DNA from: an uncultured delta proteobacterium
Lineage (GTDB): Bacteria; Myxococcota_A; Polyangia; Polyangiales; B10-G4
Assembly: GCA_963727445.1 (NCBI GenBank)
Contig: CAVSGI010000020.1
Coordinates: forward strand, 32,001 to 96,000
Direction of reading: 5' to 3'
DNA: 64,000 bases
Positions 48,373 to 58,603 of the stretch are shown piece after piece. Position 1 is the stretch's first letter. The number at the start of each line of letters is the position of its first letter. The notes under the pieces are model-generated. The model worked only from the letters and a program-made list of their open reading frames with translations. It was not told where the DNA came from and made no database searches. The position numbers were made by a program, and so were the translations under genes.

Positions 48373-49617
48373 TCAGTGGGCTGCGCCGCCGCCCGCGGCC
48401 TGCTGCTGCTGCTGGATCTGCTGCTGGATCTGCTGCATCACCTCGGGCGGGATCTGACCGCCGCCCGGACCGCCGGGGGGGCCGCCGGGGTGTCCGCCCG
48501 GCATGCCCGGCATGCCCGTGGGCGGCGCCTGGGCTGCTTCGCCTTCTTCACCGGGCTCGGGCGTCTGGAAGTCCTCGAGGCTCGCGTCCATGCGATCGGC
48601 GAGGTAACTCGATACCAGATAGATCACCGGGTCGCCGTCACGCATCAGATAGAAGGTGTTCGACTCGTCGGGGTGCTGGTTGCCGAGGCGCAGGACGATC
48701 TCCTGTGGAGGCGCGGCGGGCTCGTCTTCTTCTTCGCCCTCTTCTTCGCCCTCTTCCTCTTCGCTCTCCCCTTCCGCTTCGTCTTCCTCTTCGTCGCTCT
48801 CGCGCACGTAGAGCGTCACGACCTTGGCTTCTTCGCCGAGACCTGCGGCCTCGGGCGTGATCTCCTCCGGCGCGAAGTCGGTGGCGCGCATGCGGGCGAG
48901 GCTCGAGACCGTCGACTGCACCCGGCTCGCACCGAAGCGCTCGATGGGCGTCTCGCCCGACGCCTGCTCCCACTCCGAGTCTTCGTTGCGCTCGAAGCGC
49001 CAGTCGCCGCTCTCGGTGTGGAAGTTGATCGCGACCACGTCCGCGGGCGGAACGTCCACCACGCGGCGGTTACGCCAGTCCTTCACATCCTTGTTGAAGG
49101 CGAACTTCAGCGAGCCCTCCGCGGCGGCGACGCGATCCTCGCCCTCGGGGCGGATCATCGTGGCGCGGTTGCCGTAGGTGCCGAAGATCAGGTTGGCGAG
49201 CTCGTTGCCCCCGCCCCGGGCGATCACGCGGATCCCCGTCTCGGGGGTCACCTGAAGGCGCTCGTGGTTGGCGGCGTTGGTGGCGGCGACACGCACCATC
49301 GTCATCTCGTCGAGCTTGTCGAGGGCGGTGTTCACCGTCGTCATGTCGGCGGGCGCCTGCACGGGCTCCACGACCCGCCACTCGTCGTCCGACACCTTGG
49401 TCAATCGGACGACGGGCGTGTCGGGGCGGTGGATCTCGAGCTCGTCGATCTCCTCCTTATCGAGGTCGGGGAGAAGCTCGGGCATCTCCTCGGCCTCGGT
49501 GGTGTGCGCGTCTTCGCCGGTCTGTTCTTCCTGGCGCTGTGACGCCCACACCGCGATGCCGATGATCACGACGAGGACGATGGCGCCGATGGCCAAGCGA
49601 TTCTTCTGCCAGTCCAT
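48373..49617 (-). CDS. DUF4340-type membrane-anchored protein (Gld-like ABC operon partner)
   Basis: N-terminal TM, WRVVEPVQAPAD, DWRNRRV. Directly downstream of the GldG-like gene. Confidence 0.75.
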   Translation of the reverse strand: MDWQKNRLAIGAIVLVVIIGIAVWASQRQEEQTGEDAHTTEAEEMPELLPDLDKEEIDELEIHRPDTPVVRLTKVSDDEWRVVEPVQAPADMTTVNTALDKLDEMTMVRVAATNAANHERLQVTPETGIRVIARGGGNELANLIFGTYGNRATMIRPEGEDRVAAAEGSLKFAFNKDVKDWRNRRVVDVPPADVVAINFHTESGDWRFERNEDSEWEQASGETPIERFGASRVQSTVSSLARMRATDFAPEEITPEAAGLGEEAKVVTLYVRESDEEEDEAEGESEEEEGEEEGEEEDEPAAPPQEIVLRLGNQHPDESNTFYLMRDGDPVIYLVSSYLADRMDASLEDFQTPEPGEEGEAAQAPPTGMPGMPGGHPGGPPGGPGGGQIPPEVMQQIQQQIQQQQQAAGGGAAH

Positions 49618-49626
49618 GGTCGGCTC

Positions 49627-51318
49627 CTAGAGTTTCAGGGACTTGCGGCGGGCGAGACGCATGCGCCAGCGCACGACGCCGAAGAGGGCGAAGAGGAAGG
49701 GAGCGCCGAGGATGTTGCCCCAGCGGTACTCGGACTGCTTGACCTCCCACTCCTCGCGAGCGGCCTTGGCGCGCTCGACGGCGGCGTCACGGTCGGCGAC
49801 GGCGTTGTCGAGGCTCTCCTGGTCGCCCTCGGTGAGGGCTTCGACCGCGTCGCGGGTGGCGTCGAGGGCTTCGTCCTCGGCCTGCTCCACGTTTTCGGGC
49901 ACGCGGATGGGCGGGTCGGAGACCTGCTTGGCGCGCACCGCGATGAGGTCCGAGTCCTGGGCGAGCCAGTCGAGGGAGTTCAGCGCCACCGCGACGCTGC
50001 CCACCATCGGGCACTGACCCTCGCGCGCGATCTGGCTGAGGATCTCGTCCCGAATCATGAAGCTCGAGCCCGAGACCAGAACGCGCGTTTCGTCAGCGCT
50101 GGTCTTGTCGTCCTCGAAGGCGCTGTCGAGGGTGCCTTCCACCGCCGCCATGAGCGGGAAGGGCCCCTCGGCGCGCGGCTGCCAACCACCGGCGAGGTTG
50201 ATGCTGTCGCCGGTCTCGACCCACGACTCCTCGCTCGAGCGCGCGATGATGGTCGCCCCGGAGGCGCCCTCGGTGAGCTCGAGGGGCGAGGTGAAGGGCA
50301 TCCAGGTGTCCTCGAGGTTGTAGCTGATCGCCTGCTGCCGCTGCGCCTCGTCGAAAGCGACGATGATGATCGGCGGCTGGGGCGCACGGCGGATGCCGCC
50401 GCGCGGGTCGCGCATGGGCACCACCAGGCACTGGCGGTCGAGCACGATACCGTCGTTCATCACCACGCCGTAGGAGCGAAGGAGGCTGTTGAGATTGCTG
50501 TCGAGCGGCTGCGCCACCGGCGACTGGGTCTCGAGGTCGAGCTTGAAGCCGCCGCCCCAGACCCCGAGCGAGCCGCCGTCCATGACGAAGTCGTCGATGT
50601 GTCGCAGCTCGTCCTCGGAGAAAGGCGTCTCGGGGCCGACGACCATGACCGCCGCCATCTCGTCGCTCAGGTCCTCGCTCGCCGACACCTCTTGGAAGTC
50701 GTACAGGGGTGCGCAGCTCCGGATGGCGCTCAGGCCCTCCTCGAGGCTCGGACCCTCGTGGCCGCTGATGATGCCGATGGTGCGGCGCTCGCCGACCAGC
50801 TTCTTGAGCGCCATGGTGATCGCGTACTCGAGGCCGGAGGTGTCCTGGATGACCGGGATCACCTCGGTCCGGTCGAGGTACTTCATGACCAGGCCGCGAT
50901 AGCCCTCGACCACCTGGGCGCCGTCGGGGCTGATGGCCTCGTGGCGGACGGCCTGGACGCCGTCGTTCTGCGCCTGCTCCTTCTCGCTCTCGGTGTCCGG
51001 GCTGACGAAGGTCACGACCATCTTGCCCTCGGCCGCCGACTGATACTCGGCGAGGATGTCGCGGACGTAGCGCTCGGTGGCGTTGAAGGGCGGCGGCAGG
51101 TCCTCGCTGAAGTACGCCGTGACCGTCAGCTGATCGGTCAGGCTCCGGGCGAGGCGCTTGGTTCCGCTCGACAGCGTGTAGACGTTGTCTTCCGTGAGGT
51201 CGAGGCGGACGGGGGGAAGGAGCGCGAAGACCACGTTGAAGCCGATCAGGATCGCTGCGGTGACGAGCAGGAAGCTGATCGACTCGGTGGCGGCGCGGGT
51301 GCGTTGATTACTCGCCAT
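49627..51318 (-). CDS. GldG-family ABC auxiliary component
   Basis: RLDLTEDNVYTLSSGTK, AYFSEDLP, LEYAIT, SGHE, ID.FVMDGG, LNSLDWL, C-terminal TM. Confidence 0.88.
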   Translation of the reverse strand: MASNQRTRAATESISFLLVTAAILIGFNVVFALLPPVRLDLTEDNVYTLSSGTKRLARSLTDQLTVTAYFSEDLPPPFNATERYVRDILAEYQSAAEGKMVVTFVSPDTESEKEQAQNDGVQAVRHEAISPDGAQVVEGYRGLVMKYLDRTEVIPVIQDTSGLEYAITMALKKLVGERRTIGIISGHEGPSLEEGLSAIRSCAPLYDFQEVSASEDLSDEMAAVMVVGPETPFSEDELRHIDDFVMDGGSLGVWGGGFKLDLETQSPVAQPLDSNLNSLLRSYGVVMNDGIVLDRQCLVVPMRDPRGGIRRAPQPPIIIVAFDEAQRQQAISYNLEDTWMPFTSPLELTEGASGATIIARSSEESWVETGDSINLAGGWQPRAEGPFPLMAAVEGTLDSAFEDDKTSADETRVLVSGSSFMIRDEILSQIAREGQCPMVGSVAVALNSLDWLAQDSDLIAVRAKQVSDPPIRVPENVEQAEDEALDATRDAVEALTEGDQESLDNAVADRDAAVERAKAAREEWEVKQSEYRWGNILGAPFLFALFGVVRWRMRLARRKSLKL

Positions 51319-51321
51319 GGC

Positions 51322-52038
51322 TCAGCTCCACCGTCGGCTCTCGAGAGAGCGGAAAGCGATGAGGAGGGGGATCCCCGCCGCGGCCAGGAAGAAGGTGACG
51401 TCGCGCAGGTCGATCACGCCACGCGCCATGGAGGCGCGATGGAAGTCGAAGGACAGCCACTCGATCCCCGAGGCCCACGAGTCCGCTGCGCCGATGAGCG
51501 GCAGGATCTTGTCGATCACCGCGAAGACGAAGCAGAGCAGAAAGCCCAGGAAGAAGGCCTCGAGCTGGTTCGTGAAGAGGCTCGAGGCGAGCAAGCCGAT
51601 GGCGAGCATCGCCGCGCCCTGCAGGAACATGCCGATGTAGCCCGCCGTGACCTGACCCCAGTCGAGGGGACCGAGGCTCGCGACGCTCATCGGGTAGCTG
51701 AGGGTCAGCACCAGGAGCACGGCGTAGAGGCCGAGCACCCCGAGGAACTTACCGACGATGACCTCCCAGTCCCTCACCGGCATGGTCATCAACAGCTCGA
51801 TGGTGCCGCTGCGCCGGTCCTCGGCGATGAGCCCCATGGTGAGCGCGGGCGCGCCGAAGACCATGGCCCAGGTGAGCCACATCCACATGCCGCGGACGGT
51901 GGTGAGCTTGGCCAGGAAGAACTGCTGCCAGAAGAGGAACCCCGTCGCGAAGAGCACGACGAAGATCACCACGTAGGCCGTGGCGCCGTTGAAGTACGCC
52001 AGGAACTGGCGTTGGGCGATGCCGAGCGTGTTTTTCAC
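51322..52038 (-). CDS. GldF-type ABC-2 permease
   Basis: PALTMGLIAEDRRSGTIELLMTMP...IVGKFL, GVIDLRD. Confidence 0.92.
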   Translation of the reverse strand: MKNTLGIAQRQFLAYFNGATAYVVIFVVLFATGFLFWQQFFLAKLTTVRGMWMWLTWAMVFGAPALTMGLIAEDRRSGTIELLMTMPVRDWEVIVGKFLGVLGLYAVLLVLTLSYPMSVASLGPLDWGQVTAGYIGMFLQGAAMLAIGLLASSLFTNQLEAFFLGFLLCFVFAVIDKILPLIGAADSWASGIEWLSFDFHRASMARGVIDLRDVTFFLAAAGIPLLIAFRSLESRRWS

Positions 52039-53375
52039 TTTTCGCCCTCCGTGCCTGCGGCCCCCGACTCCTTCTTGGAGCCGTCATCGGAGCCCGAGTC
52101 GTCGTCCGAGCGGGAGGGGTCTCCACCCGCCTCCTTTTCATCCACGTCGTCCTCGTCGTCTTCGTCGTCGTCTTCGTCGTCGTCTTCGTCATCCGAGTCC
52201 GAGTCGTCCTCTTCCTCGTCATCCGAATCCGAGTCGTCGTCCGAATCGGAATCGGAATCCGTCTTCGTCTCGGACTCCTCTTCTTCCTCGTCTTCCTCCT
52301 CGTCTTCTTCCTCCTCGTCGTCCTCCTCCGCTTCGGCGGCGGCCTTCTGGGCTTCGAGCGCCTTCTTCTTGTCGGCGGCGCGGGCGCGGCGACTCTTGTC
52401 GTTCTTCTTCTCGCGCTTCTCCGCGTCCTCACCGATGGTGAGCTCTGCGAAGCGACGCTCGAGGTTCTCGATCTCGCCCGAGAGGTCGAGGAGGACCGAG
52501 CCGGCGTCGAAGCCGGCCTTGATGATCGCCTCGCGGAGGTCGGCGTTCTTGTCCTTGGGGATGATGGCGAAGCGCACCTCGCCGCTCATCGCCGGGACCT
52601 CCTCGACGTGGTCCACGCCGGTGACCGACTCGAGGGTCCGCTTGGTGTCCTCGATGTCGCCGCCCTTGGAGAAGGTCGCGAAGTACTTGTTGTTGCCGGC
52701 CGAGCGGCGCAGGCCCTCGGCGGTGTCGTCCGCGACGATCTGCCCCTTGGTGATGATCATCAGGCGGTCGCAGGTCTTCTCCGCCTCGGCCATCGAGTGG
52801 GTCGAGAAGATGATCGTGCGCTCGCGACCGATCTCGCGGATGAGCTCGCGGATCTCGACGGTCTGGTTCGGGTCGAGGCCGCTCATCGGCTCGTCGAGGA
52901 TCAGGATGGGCGGCTCGTGCAGGAGCGTCGACGCCAAGCCCACGCGCTGGCGATAGCCCTTGGACAGCGCGCGGATCTCCTTGCCGATCACGTCGCCCAG
53001 CCCGGTCTCCTCGACCACCGCCCTGAGGCGCTTCGTCGCCTTGTCCCCATCGAGGCCCCGCATCTTCGCGACCCACTGGAGAAACTCGAGGACCAGCATC
53101 TCGGTGTAGAGGGGGTTCGACTCGGCGAGGTAGCCGAGGGAGCTCCGCACTCCGATGGGGTCTTCGAAGACGTCACAGCCGTTGACCTTCGCCGTCCCCG
53201 TGGTGGGGGCGATGAAGCAGGTCAGGATCTTCATCGTCGTCGTCTTCCCTGCGCCGTTCGGCCCGAGAAATCCGAGGACTTCACCCTTGTTGACCTCGAA
53301 GCTGACGTTCTGGAGGGCGGTGACGTCTCCGTACCGCTTGGTCAGCGACTTGGCCTCGATCATCACGTCGCTCAT
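52035..53375 (-). CDS. GldA-type ABC ATPase with long acidic C-terminal tail
   Basis: GPNGAGKTT, LSKGYRQRVG, LILDEP, STH. Tail of ~90 aa rich in D/E/S. Confidence 0.95.
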   Translation of the reverse strand: MSDVMIEAKSLTKRYGDVTALQNVSFEVNKGEVLGFLGPNGAGKTTTMKILTCFIAPTTGTAKVNGCDVFEDPIGVRSSLGYLAESNPLYTEMLVLEFLQWVAKMRGLDGDKATKRLRAVVEETGLGDVIGKEIRALSKGYRQRVGLASTLLHEPPILILDEPMSGLDPNQTVEIRELIREIGRERTIIFSTHSMAEAEKTCDRLMIITKGQIVADDTAEGLRRSAGNNKYFATFSKGGDIEDTKRTLESVTGVDHVEEVPAMSGEVRFAIIPKDKNADLREAIIKAGFDAGSVLLDLSGEIENLERRFAELTIGEDAEKREKKNDKSRRARAADKKKALEAQKAAAEAEEDDEEEEDEEEDEEEEESETKTDSDSDSDDDSDSDDEEEDDSDSDDEDDDEDDDEDDEDDVDEKEAGGDPSRSDDDSGSDDGSKKESGAAGTEGEK

Positions 53376-53582
53376 GCAAAGCCTTTCGGTGTCCGAGGTT
53401 CGCCCCGGCCTGCGAATCGACACGCGTCGACCCATCGCCTGGCGAGCGAGGACCGCCCCCTAGCGAGGCGCGCGCCGGGGTGTAAATCGGGAATCAATTC
53501 GCGTCAAGCGAGGGTCCAGCGGCCCGTTAACCAGTGTGGTTTCGAGGTATTCCGCCCAAGTGGTGATAGACTAGGAATTGCG

Positions 53583-56500
53583 ATGAAAGCCCGTCGTTTC
53601 GCCCACTTTGCCTCGTTCTTGATCCTCTCCTCCCTGCTTTTCGCCTGCGGGCGGACGGCGCTCGACGATTTTTCCGACGGCAGCCCTCCCATCGACTCCA
53701 GCGTCGACACCCTCGACGGGGGTCCGGACGCGGACGCCGACGGTGGCACGTGCATGGTGGATGGGGACTGCGACGACGGGCTCGTCTGCAACGGTCTCGA
53801 GACGTGTGTGGGCGGCTCCTGTGTCCCGGGGCCGCCCGTGTTCTGCGACGATGGCGTGGACTGCACGGACGACCGATGCACGGAGGCGAGCGGCGGCTGC
53901 GAGTTCATCCCCGGGATCTGTCCCGACGGGACCATGTGCGATCCCGCCACTGGCTGCATCAGCCGTGACTGCATGACGCCGCGCGACTGCGACGACGGCT
54001 TCGCCTGCAACGGCTTCGAGGACTGCGACGACGGGACTTGCGTGCCGGGCCCGCCTCCTTTCTGCGACGACGGCATCCCGTGCACCCTCGACGAGTGCAG
54101 CGAGGCCGCGGGCGGCTGCGCCAGCCGGCCCGTGGACGCGCGCTGCCGTGACGATTCGTTCTGCAACGGCGCCGAGATCTGCGATCCGATGATCGGCTGC
54201 ATGCCGGGCCGCCCCGTCCTCTGCGACGACGGGATCGACTGCACCGTCGACCTCTGCGACGAGATGAGTCGCAGCTGTTTCTCGATCCCACGCGACGGCG
54301 ACTCGGACGGCTTCGTCGCGGTCGGTTGTGGCGGTCTCGATTGCAACGACAGAAACCCCCTGGTGAATCCGCGTGCGCCGGAGCTCTGCGCGGACGGGCT
54401 CGACAACGATTGCAACGGCCGGCGCGACTGTCTCGAATCCGGTCTGTGCTTCGGACCCGCGCTGCGGCATGTGCGCGCCCCTCGAGCTCTTCTGCGACGA
54501 CGGCCGCGATGACGACTGCGACGGGTTCATCGACTGCTCGGACCCGGACTGCGGGTTCTTCCCGGATTGCATGACCTGCATGCCGGAGGTCTGCACCAAC
54601 GGCGAGGACGACGATTGCGACGGCGCCATCGACTGCGCCGATTCCGATTGCCTCATGGACCCGGCCTGCTTCTTCTGCAGGCCCGAGGTCTGCGACGACC
54701 TCCTCGACAACGACTGCGACATGCTCGCGGACTGCGACGATCCGGATTGCTTCTTCGATCCGCGCTGCGTCATGCCCTGCTTGAGCTTCGAGGTCTCCTG
54801 CGACAACGGCATCGACGACGACTGCGACGGTGCCATCGATTGCGCCGACACCGAGTGCGGGCGCGATCCCTCCTGCTGCGTGCCGGAGCCCGAGATCTGC
54901 AACGACGCGCGCGACAACGACTGCGACGGCCGGACCGATTGCGGCGATCCCAACTGCTTCGCCTCGCCCCTGTGCTGCATGCCCTCGCCGCGAGATCTGC
55001 GACAACCGCGTCGACGACGACTGCGACGGTCGCGTCGACTGCAGCGACACCGACAGCTGCGCGACCGATCCCCTCTGCGTCATCTGTTCCCCGGAGGTCT
55101 GTGACAACGCGCTTCGACGACGATTGCGATGGCCTGCGCGACTGTGCCGACCCCGACTGCTTCCGAGCTCCCGCGTGCGGGATGTGCATCCCGGTGCCGG
55201 AGATGTGCACCGACGGCCTGGATAACGACTGCGACGGCCGCATCGACTGCGCCGACCCCAACTGCTTCGGGACGCCCACCTGCGTGGTCTGCACGCCGGA
55301 GGACTGCGCCGACGGCAGAGACAACGACTGCGACCGGCAAGTCGACTGCGACGATCCGGACTGCGCCCTCGACCCGTTCTGCCGGATCTGCCTCCCCGAG
55401 AACTGCGGAAACGGCATCGACGACGACTGCGACATGCGCGCGGACTGCTCGGACCCGGACTGCGCGATGGATCCGCGCTGCGAGATGTGTTCCCCCGAGG
55501 TGTGCAGCAACGGCGCGGACGACGACTGCGATGGGCAGATCGACTGCCGCGATCCCGATTGCGCCACCAGCCCGGCCTGCGTGCGCGTGCGGTCCGGTGG
55601 AGATCTGCCGCGACGGGCGTGACAACGACTGCGATGGACAGCTCGACTGCGCCGACTCGGACTGCACTGGGCGATCCGCTCTGCGGCGTCTGCCTGCCGT
55701 TCGAGATCTGCACCGACGGCATCGACGACGACTGCAACGGGCTCGCCGATTGCGACGATCCCCTCTGCATCTTCGATCCGACCTGCACCGGGATGTGTGT
55801 CGCCGAGGCGTGCCGCAACGGCCGAGACGACGACTGTGACGGAATCACCGATTGCGCCGATCCCGACTGCGCGATGGACCCGCTCTGCTCCTTCTGCCTG
55901 CCCTTCGAGGTGTGCGCGACGGGCTTCGACGAAGACTGCAACGGCCTGGTCGACTGCGACGACCCCTTCTGCGCCGGCGATCCCTCGTGCATGACCTGTG
56001 ACCCGCTCGAGACGCGCTGCTTCGACGGGCGCGACGACGACTGCGACGGCCGCATCGACTGCGCCGACAGCGACTGTGTCTTCGACCCGTCCTGCTGCAT
56101 GCCGAGCCCGGAGATCTGCGACAACGGCGTCGACGACGACTGTGACTTCCTGGTCGACTGCGCCGACGACGACTTGCGCGATGGAGCCCTTCTGCTGCTT
56201 CCCCTCGCCCGAGAACTGCTTCAACGGCGCTCGACGACGACTGCGATGGGCTCTTCGACTGCGCCGATCCCGACTGCTCGGCGTTCCCCGGGTGCTGCAG
56301 CCCGAGCCCCGAGGTGTGCAGCAACGGCGCGGACGACGACTGCGACGGCGCCGTCGATTGCGACGACATGGACTGCGCGAGCGATCCGGCGTGCATGATG
56401 ATGTGCACTGCCAACGAGCTCGGCATTCCCATGTGCACCGACCGTCTCGACAACGACTGCGACGGCCAGCGCGACTGCGCCGACCCCGACTGCAGCCCAT

Positions 56501-56775
56501 TCGGCACGATGGGCGAGTGCTGTAACGGTCGCGATGACGACGGTGACGGCACCATCGATCTGTTCACCTGCCGGTGCTTCGACAACAGCACCTGCGTGGG
56601 CGTCGGCAGCCTGGAGCAGGTCTGCTGGACCGAGACCTTCAACGTCTGCGCGCCCCGCTGCGACTTCCTGGGCGGTGACGCGTTCTGCTCGATGATCGCC
56701 CCGGGCCTGAGCTGCGTGACCTCCGGCCCGAACGCGGGGCAGTGCGTGTTCTCGGGCCCGGTGCCGACCCCCTGA
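53583..56775 (+). CDS. Large Cys/Asp-rich repeat lipoprotein (multiple apparent frameshifts)
   Basis: Lipobox LFAC; CDDG.(F/V/A)CNG.E.C repeats; then ~21 E.C.(D/N)G.D(D/N)DCDG..DC.D.DC repeats. The reading hops between ORFs 52608, 54373, 54830, 54567, 55129, 55487, 55998 and 56314. Confidence 0.8.
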
Positions 56776-56860
56776 GAGCCTTCCGTAACGTTTCGGCCTG
56801 CTTTCTCCTCCCATGTCCGAATGCGGCGCTTCGGGCCGCGGATGGACGAAGGAGATGGAG

Positions 56861-57325
56861 ATGGAATCGTACGGAACGGTCGCGGCACTCGTGGTCGCCA
56901 TGGCGCTGACCTCTGGATGCGGCGCGTCCCGCTCTGGCAGCGGAAGCGCCGATGGCGCGGTGCGGAGCCCCTTCGAAGAGCAGGTAGACTCGGGGGCGAT
57001 GCTCTTCGCCGACAATTGTGCCCGTTGTCACGGAGCGGCCGGTGAAGGCACCGAGCGTGCGCCGCGCCTGGTGGGGCTGGCTGAAGGCGCACTTCCTCTC
57101 GACCCGCCTGCGACGGCGACGGTTCGAACGACGCAGTTCGTGACGGTCGGAGACGTGGCGACCTTCGCTGCGACGAACATGCCGGCCGACGCGCCCGGCT
57201 CACTCTCCGTCGATCAGTACCTCGCGATCCTGGCTTTCGATCTCTCGGCCAACGGGATCGAGCTCGAGGAAGAGCTCACGCTCGAGCTCGCGGCCGATCT
57301 CGTCATCCCGCGGGAGGGGCCGTGA
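56861..57325 (+). CDS. c-type cytochrome lipoprotein
   Basis: Lipobox TSGC, CARCH heme-binding motif, NMP distal Met. Confidence 0.88.
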   Translation: MESYGTVAALVVAMALTSGCGASRSGSGSADGAVRSPFEEQVDSGAMLFADNCARCHGAAGEGTERAPRLVGLAEGALPLDPPATATVRTTQFVTVGDVATFAATNMPADAPGSLSVDQYLAILAFDLSANGIELEEELTLELAADLVIPREGP

Positions 57326-57972
57326 CGGCACCGGCGCCTCATCCGCTGGCGACGGTCCCCGACACCGACGCCGAGGTCGTGGAGCGCGTGCTCGACGGCG
57401 ACGTCGCCGCCTTCGAGATCCTGATGCGCCGTCACAACCAACGCGTCTTTCGCGCGGCGCGGGCGGTGCTTCACGACGACGCCGCGGCGGAGGACGCCGC
57501 CCAAAAAGCGTGGATCAGCGTCTACCGGAGCATGGCGACCTTTCAGGGGCGGGCGCGATTCAGCACCTGGCTCCTGCGGATCGCGGTGAACCAGGCGTCG
57601 CAGGACCTTCGCCGCAAGCGCTCGCACCTCGAGCTGGTGCGAGCCACCAGCGAGGCCGAGACGCTCGCCTCACCGGAGGCGGAGGCGGCGCGAACGCGCC
57701 TGCGGCAGATCCTGGAGTCGGCGATCGATGGGCTGCCTGAGGGCCTCCGGGTGGTCCTGGTCCTGCGTGACGTCGAGGAGCTCAGCGGACCGGAGACAGC
57801 GCAGGTCCTCGAGCTCAGCGACGAGGCGGTGCGGGTGCGGCTCCATCGTGCGCGCCGACAGCTCCGCGCGTCCCTCGAAGAGATCCTCGAAGACCGTGTC
57901 GGCGAGGCCTATCCGTTCCTGGGCGCGCGATGCAACGCCATCGTGGCGGCCGTCTTCGCCGCCATCACCTGA
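57322..57972 (+). CDS. ECF sigma-70 factor
   Basis: AEDAAQKAW, FSTWLLRIAVN, LP..LRVVLVLRDVEELS..ETA..L..S..AVRVRLHRAR. GTGA overlap with the cytochrome gene. Confidence 0.93.
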   Translation: MTAPAPHPLATVPDTDAEVVERVLDGDVAAFEILMRRHNQRVFRAARAVLHDDAAAEDAAQKAWISVYRSMATFQGRARFSTWLLRIAVNQASQDLRRKRSHLELVRATSEAETLASPEAEAARTRLRQILESAIDGLPEGLRVVLVLRDVEELSGPETAQVLELSDEAVRVRLHRARRQLRASLEEILEDRVGEAYPFLGARCNAIVAAVFAAIT

Positions 57973-58603
57973 CGCGCAGCACGATCGCGGCTGCGCCCGC
58001 GCCCGCGACACCCGCGGGCTCGGTGAGGAGCGAGGCCAGCACCGCGACCGGTGTGCGCGCGTCGGCTTCGAGGACGCTGGCGAGCTTGGCGACAGCTTTG
58101 CTGCTGAAGGCGGAGCCGGTGCCGACGAGAAGCACGTCCTCCGGCTCGAGCTCGAGGCTGGTCCGGGTCGCCTTGCCCTCGAGGACACCCTCGAGCTGCT
58201 CGTCGCGCTGGGTCAGGCGCTGCGCTTTGCCGCGGCGGTGCAGGTACACCCGGCCCTGACCGGTGGACATCACGTGCAGCGTCCCCTGATCGATGAGCAC
58301 ACCGGTGAGGCTGGCGTCGGGGATCGAGCGCTCGATGAGCGCGTTGACGCGCTTGGCGAGCACCGCTCGGGCCTGCATGTAGGCGTCTTGAAGCTTGTCT
58401 CCGCCGCGCCGCTCGCTCCCCTCGAGGCCCTGGCCGAACCCCTCGAGCAGCGGCTGATGGGTCAGCTGCCAGGTGCGCGGCAGGCCCAACCCTCCGGCGA
58501 CCGCGAAGGCGCGCCCGGATTCGTAACGACCGGCCTCGTGTCGGTGCAGGGCGCCTCGCCCCACCTTCGCCTTGCTCCGGCTGATGTGGGAGTCGACCTT
58601 CAC
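57965..58603 (-). CDS. Degenerate PP2C/PPM-fold protein (pseudophosphatase)
   Basis: FAVAGGLG, ASLT, GQGRVYL, QRLT, LEPEDVLLVGTG follow the PP2C motif order but lack the catalytic Asps. GTGA overlap with the permease gene. Confidence 0.65.
   Translation of the reverse strand: MKVDSHISRSKAKVGRGALHRHEAGRYESGRAFAVAGGLGLPRTWQLTHQPLLEGFGQGLEGSERRGGDKLQDAYMQARAVLAKRVNALIERSIPDASLTGVLIDQGTLHVMSTGQGRVYLHRRGKAQRLTQRDEQLEGVLEGKATRTSLELEPEDVLLVGTGSAFSSKAVAKLASVLEADARTPVAVLASLLTEPAGVAGAGAAAIVLRVR

Noticed and set aside
54440..56230. Programmed frameshifting or phase variation in the Cys/Asp-repeat gene
   Set aside because: No consistent slippery sequence or homopolymer at the breaks, and similar breaks occur in unrelated ABC genes. 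Sequencing error is more parsimonious.
56780..56790. CTTCCGTAACG, partial match to the 25-bp element end
   Set aside because: Only 11 nt and lacks the GGGGACGG part, so it could be chance.
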